Assembly: GCA_977018835.1 (NCBI GenBank)
Contig: OZ361260.1
Location: 3,658,001-3,722,000 of the forward strand
DNA: 64,000 nt
Direction of reading: 5' to 3'
Source of the DNA: Minutocellus sp. GHC0000111
Taxonomy: Eukaryota
The notes beneath the pieces were generated by a model, which saw nothing but the letters and a program-made list of their open reading frames with translations, was not told where the DNA came from and ran no database searches. A program made the translations under genes and the position numbers. Below are positions 1-11,541 of the stretch, in pieces (positions within the stretch are counted from its first letter, which is position 1; each line of letters opens with the position of its first letter).

Positions 1-1047
1 GTGCGTGGAGCAAACTTCTCTAACAAATCTGACGAGGACTTCAGCCAAGACGGAGACTGTCCTATTTGTCTTGAGCCTCTCCCCCCGATCTGGGACGTAG
101 AGAGATCGGCGTGTCTCATTTGCTGCGGCGGCCGGACATGCCGAAAGTGCTGCGCCGATGCCATGGCTGCGATTAATAAATCATACGAGGACCCAAATGC
201 TGCTTTTCAGTTGGACGACCGGTGTCTCCTTTGCAAGCAAGACGTGGGCACATCTGCTATCACGGATCGGATTCGAATAATATCCCCTCATATTCGAAAT
301 GGCAAGATTTGGGCCATTGCTCACGTAGCGCAGATCCTTGTTTTTCGCCGATGGAACGAGCGAGAGGACCCGCTCTTCAAAAATGGGCTTGAGCTACTAA
401 GCGTCGCCGCGGGGGGAGGCCACCCAACCTCCCAGTATCTCATGGGAATGATATTCAACAAATCAGCCCATTCATCAAGGGAGGCGAAATACTGGATGGA
501 AAGATCTGCTAAGCAAGGTCATGCAATCGCGCAAGCCACTCTCGGTAGCATGCTTGTGAACCAGGAAGAGGAGGGAGCAAACGAAGAGGCAAGGAAGTGG
601 TACCTCAAGGCGGCGCAGCAGGGATTTCCTGTCGCGCAGCTTCAGCTTGGTCTTGATATTATCAAAGACGGACCCGCTTCGTTGGAGATTCCTTTTGGTG
701 TAAATTTGATCCGAAATGCTGCATCCTGTGGGTACGTCAAGGCATCGGAGGTTCTGGAAATATTGTCGGAGGACCATCCAATGAGTGAAAATTGCTGGTT
801 CTGCAGCGAGAAATTCGATGAGCAGTCCCAGACAAGGATGCGCTGTACAAAGTGCAAAGTAGCTTGCTACTGTTCTCGAGAATGCCAGAAATTGGATTGG
901 CGCGAACGCCATCGAGATGCTTGTAAGCTGCAAGAGAGGGAGATGGCAAAGATCCCGAAGGAGGCGGCCTTCATGTCGAACAGCATGCAGAATGATGATG
1001 TTGATTACAGGCAACAGTACATAAATATCCTGGCACAAGTTCTATAA
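1..1047 (+). CDS. RING-like + SEL1-repeat + MYND zinc-finger protein (5' end probably outside window)
   Basis: CPIC...ICCGGRTCRKC...CLLC RING-like motif; SEL1-type repeats (AKYWMERSAKQGHAIAQATLG, ARKWYLKAAQQGFPVAQLQLG); C-terminal CWFC..CTKCKVACYCSRECQKLDW..H...C MYND motif. Frame is open from base 1. Confidence 0.85.
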   Translation: MRGANFSNKSDEDFSQDGDCPICLEPLPPIWDVERSACLICCGGRTCRKCCADAMAAINKSYEDPNAAFQLDDRCLLCKQDVGTSAITDRIRIISPHIRNGKIWAIAHVAQILVFRRWNEREDPLFKNGLELLSVAAGGGHPTSQYLMGMIFNKSAHSSREAKYWMERSAKQGHAIAQATLGSMLVNQEEEGANEEARKWYLKAAQQGFPVAQLQLGLDIIKDGPASLEIPFGVNLIRNAASCGYVKASEVLEILSEDHPMSENCWFCSEKFDEQSQTRMRCTKCKVACYCSRECQKLDWRERHRDACKLQEREMAKIPKEAAFMSNSMQNDDVDYRQQYINILAQVL

Positions 1048-1466
1048 GGCGCTGCAAATAAATTTTTCATACATGTAAGGATTGATTCCTAAACTAAATC
1101 ATGTAAAATCGGAATGCCACCGAGAGACGCCACGGGTTGCTTTTCGAAGTGTTATACAAACTTGACTCACTCGACTCGCTCGAAAGCGACTCATTCGAGC
1201 GAAAGCGATGACGTGGCAAGACGGCAAGACATGCGCGTTGTTCGTTCGTCGGAGTTGGACCAAGACATCATCACTTTTTCCATTCGGCTCGCCACCGCAT
1301 GATGGAACGGCCGGAAGTTTTTCAATCAGGGAGACCATAAAAGAGAGAGCATTAATTCAATCAAACGCGAAGATAAATGGCAAGAGAGAGGGAAACATAC
1401 TCTTGTTTACATATCTGTAGCACATATCTTCAATACCTGTGAATCTAAACGAGAACACATATCATC

Positions 1467-2417
1467 ATGTCAGCACGATCGCCAACAAAATTGAGCCGGT
1501 ACCTCGTGACTCCGTCACGAGTTGCGTCCCTGATGGACTGGAAGGCAACTCTAGGCACCGCTACCGGGGCCGTCATGGCCCTGGACATCAACCGAGATCG
1601 CATCGGCGTCGCCGTCGCGTCGCATCCCAACAGCAGTTCCGGCGTGGCGACCGCTCGGGCGCTCGATCCCATCCTTCTTCCGCGAAAGAGATCGGCGAGC
1701 ACCTCCGCAGCAGCAGCACAAGCTTCGCATCCGCACCACGACCGCCTGCTGTCCCATCTGGAGGAGGTGGCCGCCCGCGAGCAGGTCTGCGGCGTCATCG
1801 TCCGCTGGCCTCTCCAGGATGGAGGGCGGATGGGCGCCCAGTGTGGCCGAATTCTCTACCAGCTCGACGACTTTGTCGCGGCTGATGGTGGAAAGAAGAG
1901 AACCCTGATTGGCAAGAACCGGCCCTTTGCCCTGTACGACGACCGACCTCTCACACGAGGCCAGGCCATCGAAATTGACGACAGCATGGACATGCCCGAC
2001 GAGTGGGGTCGTCACTCGAGCTTCTCGCGCGTGCCCGAGATGGCTGCTCTGGGCGCTGAGAGGGGTCGCGCCACGATTCAGATCTCACCACACAAGCCCA
2101 ACGACAACGCCCAAGACGACGAGGAGATGGCGGCCAAAATCCTCCAAGACTTTCTAAATGGTCACTTTGCCCAGAATGACGACGAGGACGACTTTCTTGG
2201 CCTCGGTGGCCGCCCCGCTGCTGCACGTGGCAGTACCGGCAGCCCTCCCAGTAGAAAGACGCTGGCCACGGCCGCACCAAAGCAAAGTCTCATCGCTGGT
2301 GCACCGAAACGACGACCGGCACCCTCCTCCTCCTCATCATCATCATCCAAGTACAATCTTGGCAGTTCCATCGATAACGAAAGTGAGCGTGCCTACATTT
2401 CACCGTCCTTGTTATAA
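1467..2417 (+). CDS. YqgF/RuvX-like RNase H-fold nuclease
   Basis: VMALDINRDRIGVAVA (YqgF first strand with Asp), GVIVRWPL..GG, YDDR and DDEEMAAKILQDFL match the YqgF motif order; low-complexity tail. Confidence 0.75.
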   Translation: MSARSPTKLSRYLVTPSRVASLMDWKATLGTATGAVMALDINRDRIGVAVASHPNSSSGVATARALDPILLPRKRSASTSAAAAQASHPHHDRLLSHLEEVAAREQVCGVIVRWPLQDGGRMGAQCGRILYQLDDFVAADGGKKRTLIGKNRPFALYDDRPLTRGQAIEIDDSMDMPDEWGRHSSFSRVPEMAALGAERGRATIQISPHKPNDNAQDDEEMAAKILQDFLNGHFAQNDDEDDFLGLGGRPAAARGSTGSPPSRKTLATAAPKQSLIAGAPKRRPAPSSSSSSSSKYNLGSSIDNESERAYISPSLL

Positions 2418-2601
2418 CATGCAATACCATGGTTACCTAGAGCAAGTGAAGTGGTATTGTCAAGGAGACAGAAGGCGTATTTGCGTATATGGCAAAACAA
2501 AATATAGATAGATAATAGAATATATAATAGAGCACACTTAAGCAAAGTCAAAGTAAATGGGAACTCCTATACGATTCTAGAGTTTGTGTAGCTAAGTGTC
2601 G

Positions 2602-5600
2602 CTATCTGTAGCTGCTAACGGCACCAACCTCGAAGTATCCCTCGATGCGAAGGCCACCACCCTTGGCCTGCTGATAAAGCATTTGTCTTGATACCTCCAT
2701 CATAATACCGTCGTCGTTCTCATACACAAAGGGACAGCATCCAAAGCTGTTGAGATCATCTTCCGATGCGCAGCTGCCACTTTCCAGAGCGGCGGCGTGC
2801 GCTACGATTCGTTGTCCATATTGGTCGCGACAGTGAAGGAATATTTCCATGTTTCGCAGGACGAGATCGGCAGTGATGTCGCCTATGCGCAACTCTACGC
2901 CCGCTCGCGGACCCTGCAGATGCAAGCGTAGGAAGAATCCATGTCCATAGCCCATCTCAACGGGGCTAGACAGACTTCGAAAGTCATCGTTGCTCATAAA
3001 GTGTCGAGCGCCAACTCGCCAACTGAACGAAACAGGATCCCAGCTCCTTATTTGGTCGATGGCGTCAGGCGTGATCTCGATATCTACTACTTCTTCTTCA
3101 TATTCTTCATATTCGTCTTCTTCATATTCGTCTTCTTCATAGACTTCGTCGTTAGCACCCCCGGAACTAGCATCGGGATCGGATTAAATGTTCATGCCTT
3201 GATCTATTGGTGTCGCACTTTGCTGTCGCTGTGTTGCCTGTTGTGCATCCTTTTCTTCGGCAGCTGCTAATTCAGCGTCAAGGCGTTCTGCCTCGCGCCG
3301 TTCCGCTGCCAGCCTCTGAGAAATTTGTGCTGCGCTAGGATCTTCTGCTGGAAGAGCAGCCTCGGGCGGTTCCTCTTTTCCAAATGGATCTACAAAGTCG
3401 GCAACTTCTTCCATCGTTGGTGGCGGTGCGGCAAAAAAGGCGAACGGATCCTCCGATTTGGCATCTTGGGCTGCAGGTGGCGTGTTTGATGCTGGCATCG
3501 TTTGTGATTCTGATGCCGATACCCCAAGCCCCGGTGACGGTGGCGTCGCTCCAAATGGATTTGCAGATTGGGCTGTGTCGCCAGAGGGTGTCGCAGGTGT
3601 TTTCGGTGGCCCCCCAAATGGATTGGACGCAGCAGTAGGTGAGGGGGATCCGAAGGGACTGGAAGACTTTACTTCCGGTCCGTCGCTTGCTTTCGGAGCA
3701 ACACCGAAAGGATTCGATGCTGGCGAACCGAAGGGACTCGATGGTTTCGGCGGTGCAGAACCATCATCGGTTTTGGTATCCACAGGTGGAGGTATCGATG
3801 ATGCTGATGAAAACGGGTTGGCCGGAGGAGAATCTGCCTTCTTCGCAAAGGGGTTTGCTGTTGCCGCTGTAGATGGCCCGGCTCCGATGAGCGAGGCAGT
3901 GGTCTTTTCCGCCTCGGTGGTATCGCCCGTTTTACCAACAGGCTTTGCAGCGGCGAATGAATTGGCCAGAGAATCTGCCCGATTCCCAAAAAGACTTGCC
4001 GTTGCGCTCGCAGGAGGTCCGGCTCCGAAGGGCAGAGTGCTTTTCTTGTCCGTCTCGGCAGTTTCGGCTGCACCTGTAGAAGGTTCAGCTCAAAAGGGCG
4101 AAGCAACCTTCTTCGCTTCCGCATCTTTGCCCCCTTCATCTGCAGAACTGTCGACTGGCTTCTTAGCGAACGGGTTGGCAGGAGGAGAATCTACCTTCTT
4201 TGCTGCGAACGGGTTCACCGCTGCGCCTGCAGGAGGAGCTGCCCCAAAAGGTGACGCCGTCTTCTTCACATCGGCAGTACTGCCCGTAGTATCATCCTCG
4301 GCGTCGTCTGAATCATCGCCAGACTCCGAGGGCTTCTTAGCGAACGGGTTGGCAGGAGGAGAATCTACCTTCTTTGCTGCGAACGGGTTCACCGCTGCGC
4401 CTGCAGGAGGAGCTGCCCCAAAAGGTGACGCCGTCTTCTTCACATCGGCAGTACTGCCCGTAGTATCATCCTCGGCGTCGTCCGAGTCGTTGTCCGTATC
4501 TTCTTTATTCTGAACAAAAGGATTGTTCCCATCAGACGAAGGAGAAGCAAATGGGTTCATTGGCGAAGCACCAGAAGTCTCAGCACCAATATTCTTCGAG
4601 GCAGAGGGATTGCTGGGTGCATCCTCCTTCTTCTTCGTAAAAGGATTTGATACCGGAGTGGACGATGCGAAAGGATTTGTCAGTGGTGCACTTGTTTCTT
4701 CTGCGCTTTGGGAGGCAAGAATCTTGGCCTTCACCTTTTCGGCCTCGAGTTTTACCTGCCGTGCCTTTTCTTCAGTAGCCTTCAATTCTGCCACAATGCG
4801 ATCATCCTTGGCCGCTTCCTCTGCATCATCAATCTTCTCCTCGTCATTGCCATCTTCACCACCAACGCCGGATTCGCTGTTTTGGTTATCTGACTCCATT
4901 GATGCCTCAGAATCTTTGGTATCTTTTACATTCTCAACCCCCGCCTCCTTTTCAGTATCAACATCATCAGCTTTTGAGTCAAGAGAAGGCTTTGAGGCAA
5001 AAGGATTGAAGCTACTTTTCGATGCACCACCATTTCCACCACCACCGAACGGATTCGTGCCGGCAAATGGATTGCTGCTGCTTCCCTCATTCTTTGCAAA
5101 AGGGTTGCTACTGGTATTGCCACCAGCTCCAGGGCCACTGCTTCCCGGAGCTTTGTTGAAGGGATTGTTGCTGCCGGCAGATTTCTTTTCAGTTGCAAAT
5201 GGATTGCTGAAGCTGCTGCTACTGCTGCTGTCGGCGGTACTGGAGGAGGTACCTGTCGGTTCTTTCGTTGCAAATGGATTGCTCATTCCACCCTGGCTGT
5301 TCTGGAGAAATCCAAGTCCAATCTTGGCGGCAACACCGACAGCTGCTGCATCTGGTGTGGCTGAAGCCGACGAATCGGACGGTGATGCAATATCTGACTC
5401 CTCATCGTCGTTCTCTTGCTCTTGCTCTTCCTCGTCATCATCGCCCAACATTTCTGCTGCAGCAAAAGCCTCGTCTTCATCATCGTCGTTGTTGTCTGAA
5501 GTAGAGGAAAGTGATGCCTGAACGTTCGCAGCGTCGGTATCATCCCCGCCATCTGCAGCATCACTTCCATCGGCACCACCACCGCCATCCAACAACAGAT

Positions 5601-6137
5601 CGGAAGGCAAATCCTCCACCCTCATGTATTTGGTGGTAAACAACCGCTTGGACAGCTCCAATACTTCGTCGGCATCATTACTAGTATCAGCGGTCGTTGG
5701 AATGTCATCGCTGCGAAGTCCCACTCGGCTTAGCTCTGCGCGCAGATCGGCAGCTTCGAAGATTCCTGCGGCGTCGCATAAGACGTCAGGTCGATATTCG
5801 GTGGCGTCGTGTCGTCATCATTGTCACTACTACTGCTTCTCAGTGCAGACGCCGATGGGGGGTGCTGCTGCATCGACCCATGTGCATGTGCATGTATCCG
5901 CCGCTGTTCAACATCATGTGCTGGTAAATACGTGTATGCGAAAGGACCATGAACAGACCGCCTACTACCGGTACTAGATATGGTTGATAAGGACGACACC
6001 GAGAAGGAATGGACAAACAAGCTTTGCTGCACGTGCCCAGAGGAACATGCGGTGGGTGACCAGCGGCAGAAGCATGCCACGGCGAAGAGGAGCAGGCAGC
6101 GGTGCCAAAGCGCGTCCCATGGCGCCCAGCGGGTCAT
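2602..6137 (-). CDS. NPF-repeat protein with N-terminal signal-like peptide, SDE2/SF3A3-type SAP-like segment and MATH-like C-terminus; interrupted in this sequence
   Basis: ORFs 4090-5724, 3184-3783 and 2602-2997 share one frame, separated only by TGA (4090-4092) and TAA (3184-3186). A frameshift near 5762 links upstream MTRWAPW...NIDLTSYATPQE to ADLRAELSRVGL...RLFTTK. More than 15 NPF motifs plus SPF variants. Confidence 0.6.
4157..4482. repeat. Intragenic tandem duplication, period 174 bp (58 codons)
   Basis: 4157-4308 is identical to 4331-4482 (152 bp); more diverged copies lie to the left. Confidence 0.9.
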
Positions 6138-6644
6138 CGTGGACTCTGAGAGGCGCGTCGTCGCCGTCGGCCGAATATGGCGCAAGAGGGAACTCAGGCC
6201 GAGCGGTGCCGCCTGATTGCTTGACCGTCGGTAGCTAATTCCTACCCCCACGGCGAATACGTCACCGCATGCGGCATGCGCTCCCCCCCCCCCGCCCGCG
6301 ATCTTCCTCATCAGCTGGTCAGTTTTTCGAGCGCTAGCGAGTGAGTCCCAATTCAAATCTTCGCCGTGGCCTGCCGGCTCGCAAAATCCTTTGTTCGTCC
6401 GACTTCTTCAAGCTTCAGCTTTTTCCCGCCTCATTTTTGCCAATGTTTTTGCTCTCAATTTTTTATGTACCTAGGTACTTCAAGGTGGCAGATTCCTGGC
6501 CTTTCGAATACGAGTAGTCGAAGCAGGCAAGTCAAGCGCTCATAGAAAGAGGGCGCCGCGGGACAACCTCGGCTTCGTTGTGTTCATTTGGTAGGATATT
6601 TTCTTCAGGATTTTGAGCATAACACGAAATAAGCAAGCATCATC

Positions 6645-8858
6645 ATGGCCAAGACGGCGGCATCGGATAAGAACAAGTCGGCCCCGGCCAAAAAGACCCA
6701 GCGCAGCAAGATATCGGTAACCCTCGGCCGTAAGCATGGCAAAAAGGGTGGCAAGGCTGCCGATGATGAGTCGGAAGAGCAGCTGTTTGAGCCCATGCCC
6801 GATCACTACCCCGGTGTTTCGACCAAGCCCGTCACGGGTCTGACAGCCGCCAGCCCCTTCTGGGAGTTGGAGGACATGCAGCCGGAATCGGAGGGTGCGG
6901 ACAAGGCCGATAATTCAAATGCAACTGAGGCAAAAGATGCATCCGTAATGAATATCGATGAAGACGTTTCAGTGTCCGAGTTGGATTTTGGCACGTCCAA
7001 AAATAATGGCACAAGTGCCAGCAAGCACAAGAAGGCTACCGATGCCGCTAAAGCCAATCCCAAAATCGGAGGCCGACTCCGTCCGGGCCAGGCCCTGCAG
7101 CGGTGTTCGGGTGCCGACGTCATGCTGTCCAAATCGGCCATGAATCGCCCCAATTTATCCAAGTCCAAGGGTCGGTATCTCATCATTCTGCCCGGTGGAT
7201 TGTATCCTCGTGTTCCCGGTGCCGAAGAGCGGGAACGGCTGGTCGGGGCTCAAAAGGCCGATGCTGGATCGCATGGTGCTGCTGGTAGTGCCGATATGAA
7301 GGGAGAGGATACAACGACGAAGACCAATGAAAAGAAAAGGGTTGGTGGTGTGGATGATGTAAAGATTATCGACAATGGTGCCGATGATAGTGGCAAGGAT
7401 GTTGATCCGACCGAAGAAACCACAACTCCCAACAAACCAGCACCCTTCACACCCTCCACTGCCCCATCGGTGCTCGGTCAGCTGCAAAAGCTGGGAACAG
7501 ACACCCCCATCCTTCGGATTCCCTTCCCCGATGGCCAGGTTATGTTCCTCAAGGGTAGAAAGTTATCCCTCACCACGTCCTACATGTCCCTCACGTGCAA
7601 GTCCACCGGGAGAGGGGGGCAGGGAACCGTCACGTGCAAGGACATCTTCGCCGGGGCCATCGTATTTGGTGATGTCGGTTGGGAGGACAATGGTGCCACC
7701 GCGAATGCTGCAGCACCCGCCGCTGCAGTAGATGGAGAAGCTGCTGAAACCAGATCTGTTCGGCACTTTGGCCCGTCGGAGCGGACCATCGACGGTGGTC
7801 GGGCCGTCAAGGGTGGGACGTCGCGGTACAGCTCGAGCGTGAAGCGGGGTACCTCGAGTTTGAGCCGTCGCAGTGCGTCCTCTCCTATGCGGCTCTCAGA
7901 CAATGACGGTGATGAAGATGATGAATTTGGCAGTGATTCCAGCCCTATCCTGCACGACGATGATACCGACGAAGATGATGACGATGAGGCCTTTGTGGGC
8001 AGGGCTTCTGATAGTCCCGTCGTCAAGAGGCAGGCATCGTCTCGCCGAAGCGGGGCGAGCGTCAACTATGCCGATATGATCAAGGATAGCGACGCCGAAG
8101 AAGATGACGAAGATGGCAGCGACGAGAATGGTGGTGACGATGATGACAGCAGCGTCGAAGAAGTGATTCCAGCCAAAAAGAGGCGCTCGCCTCCCAAAAA
8201 AGCGGTTACTCAAAAGCCGGCACCAAAGCCAAAAGCAACTTCGACGAAGAAGAAATCTCCAGCGTCGTCCTCATCTGCCAAGAAGAAGACTCCACCAGCC
8301 AAGAAGGTTTCCAAGAAATCGGATAGTGAAAGTGATTTTGATGGCGGGGATGATGACGATGTGATAGCCATCAATGTATCCTCAGGTGCCTCCAAAACTC
8401 CATCCAGCACTGGTAGGCAGAGAAAGAAGATTAGTTATGCGGAAAATTCGGACGGGAGTGGTGACGATGACAACGAGGCTTTTAGCGAAGAGGAGAAGAA
8501 GGGACCAAGCGCCAAAAAGAAGGCTGCTGCCAAGACTCCAACGAACGAAAGACGTGGTGGTACCAGCACCAAGAAGGCCGCAATTTCTGCATCATCCAAG
8601 AAGAAGGCCGCGGTCAAGGTTTCCAAGCCCAAGAGCGAGCCCATTGAGATCAACGACGACGATTCGGAAGAGAAGAAGGTAGATGATACGTCCTCATCTT
8701 CGGCCGCAAAGGCGGCACCGCGTTCTCCAGAGCCAACGTCAGCGGCACGCCGTCGCAAGAAGAAGGCTTCGCCCAAAAAGTCACCCGCTGGTAGTGGTTC
8801 GGCAAAGAAACGCAAACTCGATATGGACGATGACGACGAGTTTGCTTTTTCGGGATGA
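6645..8858 (+). CDS. RHL1: RHL1-like DNA topoisomerase VI accessory subunit
   Basis: LRPGQALQRCSGADV, KGRYLIILPGGL, LGQLQKLGTDTPILRIPFPDG, SYMSL and VTCKDIFAGAIVFGDVGW follow the plant RHL1 core (RFLFSFPGLL...IGDLDRLSTKNPVLYLNFPQG...LCDDYFDNMIVFSE); long K/D/S-rich tail. Confidence 0.75.
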   Translation: MAKTAASDKNKSAPAKKTQRSKISVTLGRKHGKKGGKAADDESEEQLFEPMPDHYPGVSTKPVTGLTAASPFWELEDMQPESEGADKADNSNATEAKDASVMNIDEDVSVSELDFGTSKNNGTSASKHKKATDAAKANPKIGGRLRPGQALQRCSGADVMLSKSAMNRPNLSKSKGRYLIILPGGLYPRVPGAEERERLVGAQKADAGSHGAAGSADMKGEDTTTKTNEKKRVGGVDDVKIIDNGADDSGKDVDPTEETTTPNKPAPFTPSTAPSVLGQLQKLGTDTPILRIPFPDGQVMFLKGRKLSLTTSYMSLTCKSTGRGGQGTVTCKDIFAGAIVFGDVGWEDNGATANAAAPAAAVDGEAAETRSVRHFGPSERTIDGGRAVKGGTSRYSSSVKRGTSSLSRRSASSPMRLSDNDGDEDDEFGSDSSPILHDDDTDEDDDDEAFVGRASDSPVVKRQASSRRSGASVNYADMIKDSDAEEDDEDGSDENGGDDDDSSVEEVIPAKKRRSPPKKAVTQKPAPKPKATSTKKKSPASSSSAKKKTPPAKKVSKKSDSESDFDGGDDDDVIAINVSSGASKTPSSTGRQRKKISYAENSDGSGDDDNEAFSEEEKKGPSAKKKAAAKTPTNERRGGTSTKKAAISASSKKKAAVKVSKPKSEPIEINDDDSEEKKVDDTSSSSAAKAAPRSPEPTSAARRRKKKASPKKSPAGSGSAKKRKLDMDDDDEFAFSG

Positions 8859-8947
8859 GCATATAGTGGTCTAACTTCTAATTCGTTAATAATATTGGGA
8901 CTTGAAAAATAATTACCGGCATATCACAAATCAGATTACATGTAGAT

Positions 8948-9655
8948 CTATGTGTTTCGAAGAAAATAAATGAGGAAGCCGCCGAGGAAGGAGAGTAACA
9001 TTGTTAAACGCTGACAATCTATCGGCACAGGCATACCCAGTTGCCGTTTACTCCAAGCCGAAAGATTCGCCCCGGCCTTGACCGGCCAATCCGGCGGACC
9101 ATTACTCTTGAGGTAGTACTTCCCATCTACCTTTACGAGGATTTTCCCATAGGTCTCTGGATCAGCACCCGGTGGAAGGCAGCCATATGTCGCCTCATAC
9201 TCCCACGGAGGCGTTACTGATTTGCGATAAACTTCAGTGAAGTAGCAGTGGGCGAGTCCATAAACCTTGCCGAACCATATTCTACCAAAATGGTACACCA
9301 GCGCTAACAATGCAATCGAAACCAGCACGAGTGCGCCTGTTCCACCCCGATTCTGGACGTAGCCCATCCCTCGCTTGAATGCGCGGAATGCTTTTAGAGC
9401 CAATGAGGGCGGTTTTGGCGGTTCCCCACCAACGACATACTCCCCATCGCTCGAGTCATTGGAGAGCAAAGATGTAACAGGACGGCAGATGCTGCATGAA
9501 GCAATAGATGGAGCAGAGATGGAGCGCCTGTGATGTTGTATTGAGCTGATGCTTTCGACTTGAGCGCCAGGCGACGAAAAGCCACGTGCAAGTTTGGCGT
9601 CGATGATGAGCACAACCAGCGCAAAAGGCATGAAGGGAAAGGGCCGGGACGCCAT
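8948..9655 (-). CDS. Hypothetical membrane protein, possibly with bipartite plastid-targeting presequence
   Basis: Hydrophobic FALVVLII followed by ARGFSS and an S/R-rich stretch; two hydrophobic segments. Start chosen at MASRPF within the 8948-9811 ORF. Confidence 0.5.
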   Translation of the reverse strand: MASRPFPFMPFALVVLIIDAKLARGFSSPGAQVESISSIQHHRRSISAPSIASCSICRPVTSLLSNDSSDGEYVVGGEPPKPPSLALKAFRAFKRGMGYVQNRGGTGALVLVSIALLALVYHFGRIWFGKVYGLAHCYFTEVYRKSVTPPWEYEATYGCLPPGADPETYGKILVKVDGKYYLKSNGPPDWPVKAGANLSAWSKRQLGMPVPIDCQRLTMLLSFLGGFLIYFLRNT

Positions 9656-10506
9656 CGCTTCTTTTGGTGTGGGTGGTTGAGATACAGCCTGCGTTATGGG
9701 CGGTTCATATGCCGTGGCCCCGGCAAATGAGGCGTTTTGCAGGGTATCGAGCGAGTGGCGGACAGACCGCCATTTGTTGAGAAACGCCCGCGCCTTCAGA
9801 AGAACAGTCACAGACGACGTAGGCCTACCTAGGTACGAGCTCGTACGAGTAGGACTTTCCTATGACGTGACGTACGTAGGTACGGGCTCGGATTTTGTCG
9901 GCGGCGATTCCCGTTTTTGGACAGCAGAAACTCCCCGGATTTTGACGGATCTCGACATGCTGGTTTGCCCTTTGCACTATGTACGAGGTACAGAGATACA
10001 AAAAGGTAGAATAAAAGTAGTTGTATAAAGTTGTTGGAAATATATTGTGACTAGAGTAGAGAGATTAAACTAGATTTGATAAGATTGATCTCCAAAACTT
10101 GACACGATCGGCATCTACTACGTTTTGGGGGGGGACACGTTGCCAGGTCTTGGCACGACACATGATGTGTGCTCGACGGGAACAGCGAGCGTATCCACAT
10201 GACGTAATATTATCGTCATTCAGATGATCACATGTTGCAGCTTCGTTGAAAAAAAAACGCCGGACCTCAGATCGATGTGTGCGTGCAGGCCACGTCTTTA
10301 GCAGCAGCAGTTAGTAGTTAGCGCCATTGCAGCTCATGCGCGCACATGCAGGTAGCTGCTTGGTAATGTTGTCTTTGAAGCTTTGAAGCCGGCAACTCAT
10401 CTTGCACTTGCATGGTTTCAACAGGCTGGCGCTCGGATTTTGCTAGGAGGAAGCCGATCGATGTTGGTAAAAACCTCGCGTGCGTTGGTGTGCATGTTGT
10501 CCCACG

Positions 10507-10725
10507 TCAGGGCTTTTGGCCATTCTCTCGAGCCAAAGAAACACCTCCGGCAATGGCAAATGTGGAGGCGTCGGTGAAGTCCTGGACGAAGGCAGGACTG
10601 GCGATTTGCTCATTGTCGAAGAAGATGAGGTTGTTGCAGGCTGCCGAAATTTGATGGGTGGGATCGGCCGCGACGACGGCAAAGGCGGCGAGAAGGAGGA
10701 CTGCTGTTGGGAGAGTTGTCTTCAT
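10507..10725 (-). CDS. Short secreted protein or gene remnant
   Basis: Clear signal peptide MKTTLPTAVLLLAAFAVVAA; frame ends after 72 aa and downstream frames contain stops. Confidence 0.35.
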   Translation of the reverse strand: MKTTLPTAVLLLAAFAVVAADPTHQISAACNNLIFFDNEQIASPAFVQDFTDASTFAIAGGVSLARENGQKP

Positions 10726-11541
10726 GGTTGGTTGCGGTCGGCTCTTTTCCTAGATTGCTTGGTGTGGCAGGCTCAACTTGTCATGATCAGGCGGGCCAAA
10801 GCATCGGATGCGGCGGAATTGAACCCCGGGCGCAGGCACGAAGTCCTTTTGCTCCTTTTCGTCTGTGCCCTTCGGCTGTGTGCTTTGCCGCTTTCAACCA
10901 CGGTGACGAGAGTGTTTCAACGTCCCCCGACGTCTCATCCGGAAATGTGGCTCTGATGACGACGTGCGTCGACGTCGACTGAGTACGAACACAAAAGATT
11001 TCTTTCTTTCCTGTAGAAACTAAATAAATCGAATCACGGGGCGCTGTCCCGCTTTCCAACCCGCTCGTTATGTGCGCGACGTCATCGACCAGAAACGTCC
11101 GGACCATCTGCGGAAAAGTTCTGACGTCGAATAGGGGGCAAACCCCATATGATTCATTCGAGATCGACCATGGGCCAACTCATAACAAATACAACTTGAA
11201 GTTTGTCCAGATGTGCCCTCCTGTCAGATCTGAGCCCCTAAGGACACCGATAAGGTCGTGACGTTCATAGGGGGGAACTGGATGTACACTTTTTGCTTTG
11301 CAGCTGCTCCTTCTCTTTTTTTATCCGCTTTTTCTTGCAACGCTTGCAGTTCATGATGACGAAGGCCACGACAGCTCACAACACTGCCACAACACAACAA
11401 CTCTCGGATAGCCAATCCCAATCAATTATAGTATCTCATCGACCTACTACGGCCACTCTGAGTGAGGAAAGGAGCGACAAAACAAAGCAAAGTAAAGCTA
11501 AAGCAAAGCACAGAATATCTGGCGTCAATCAGCAAACGAAC

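Noticed and set aside
1177..1203. 9-bp inverted repeat TCGCTCGAA/TTCGAGCGA in the intergenic region
   Set aside because: Short and isolated, with no target-site duplication or second copy to support a MITE.
4157..4482. CRISPR-like or non-coding repeat array
   Set aside because: The period is a multiple of 3 within a coding frame, there are no unique spacers, and the context is eukaryotic.
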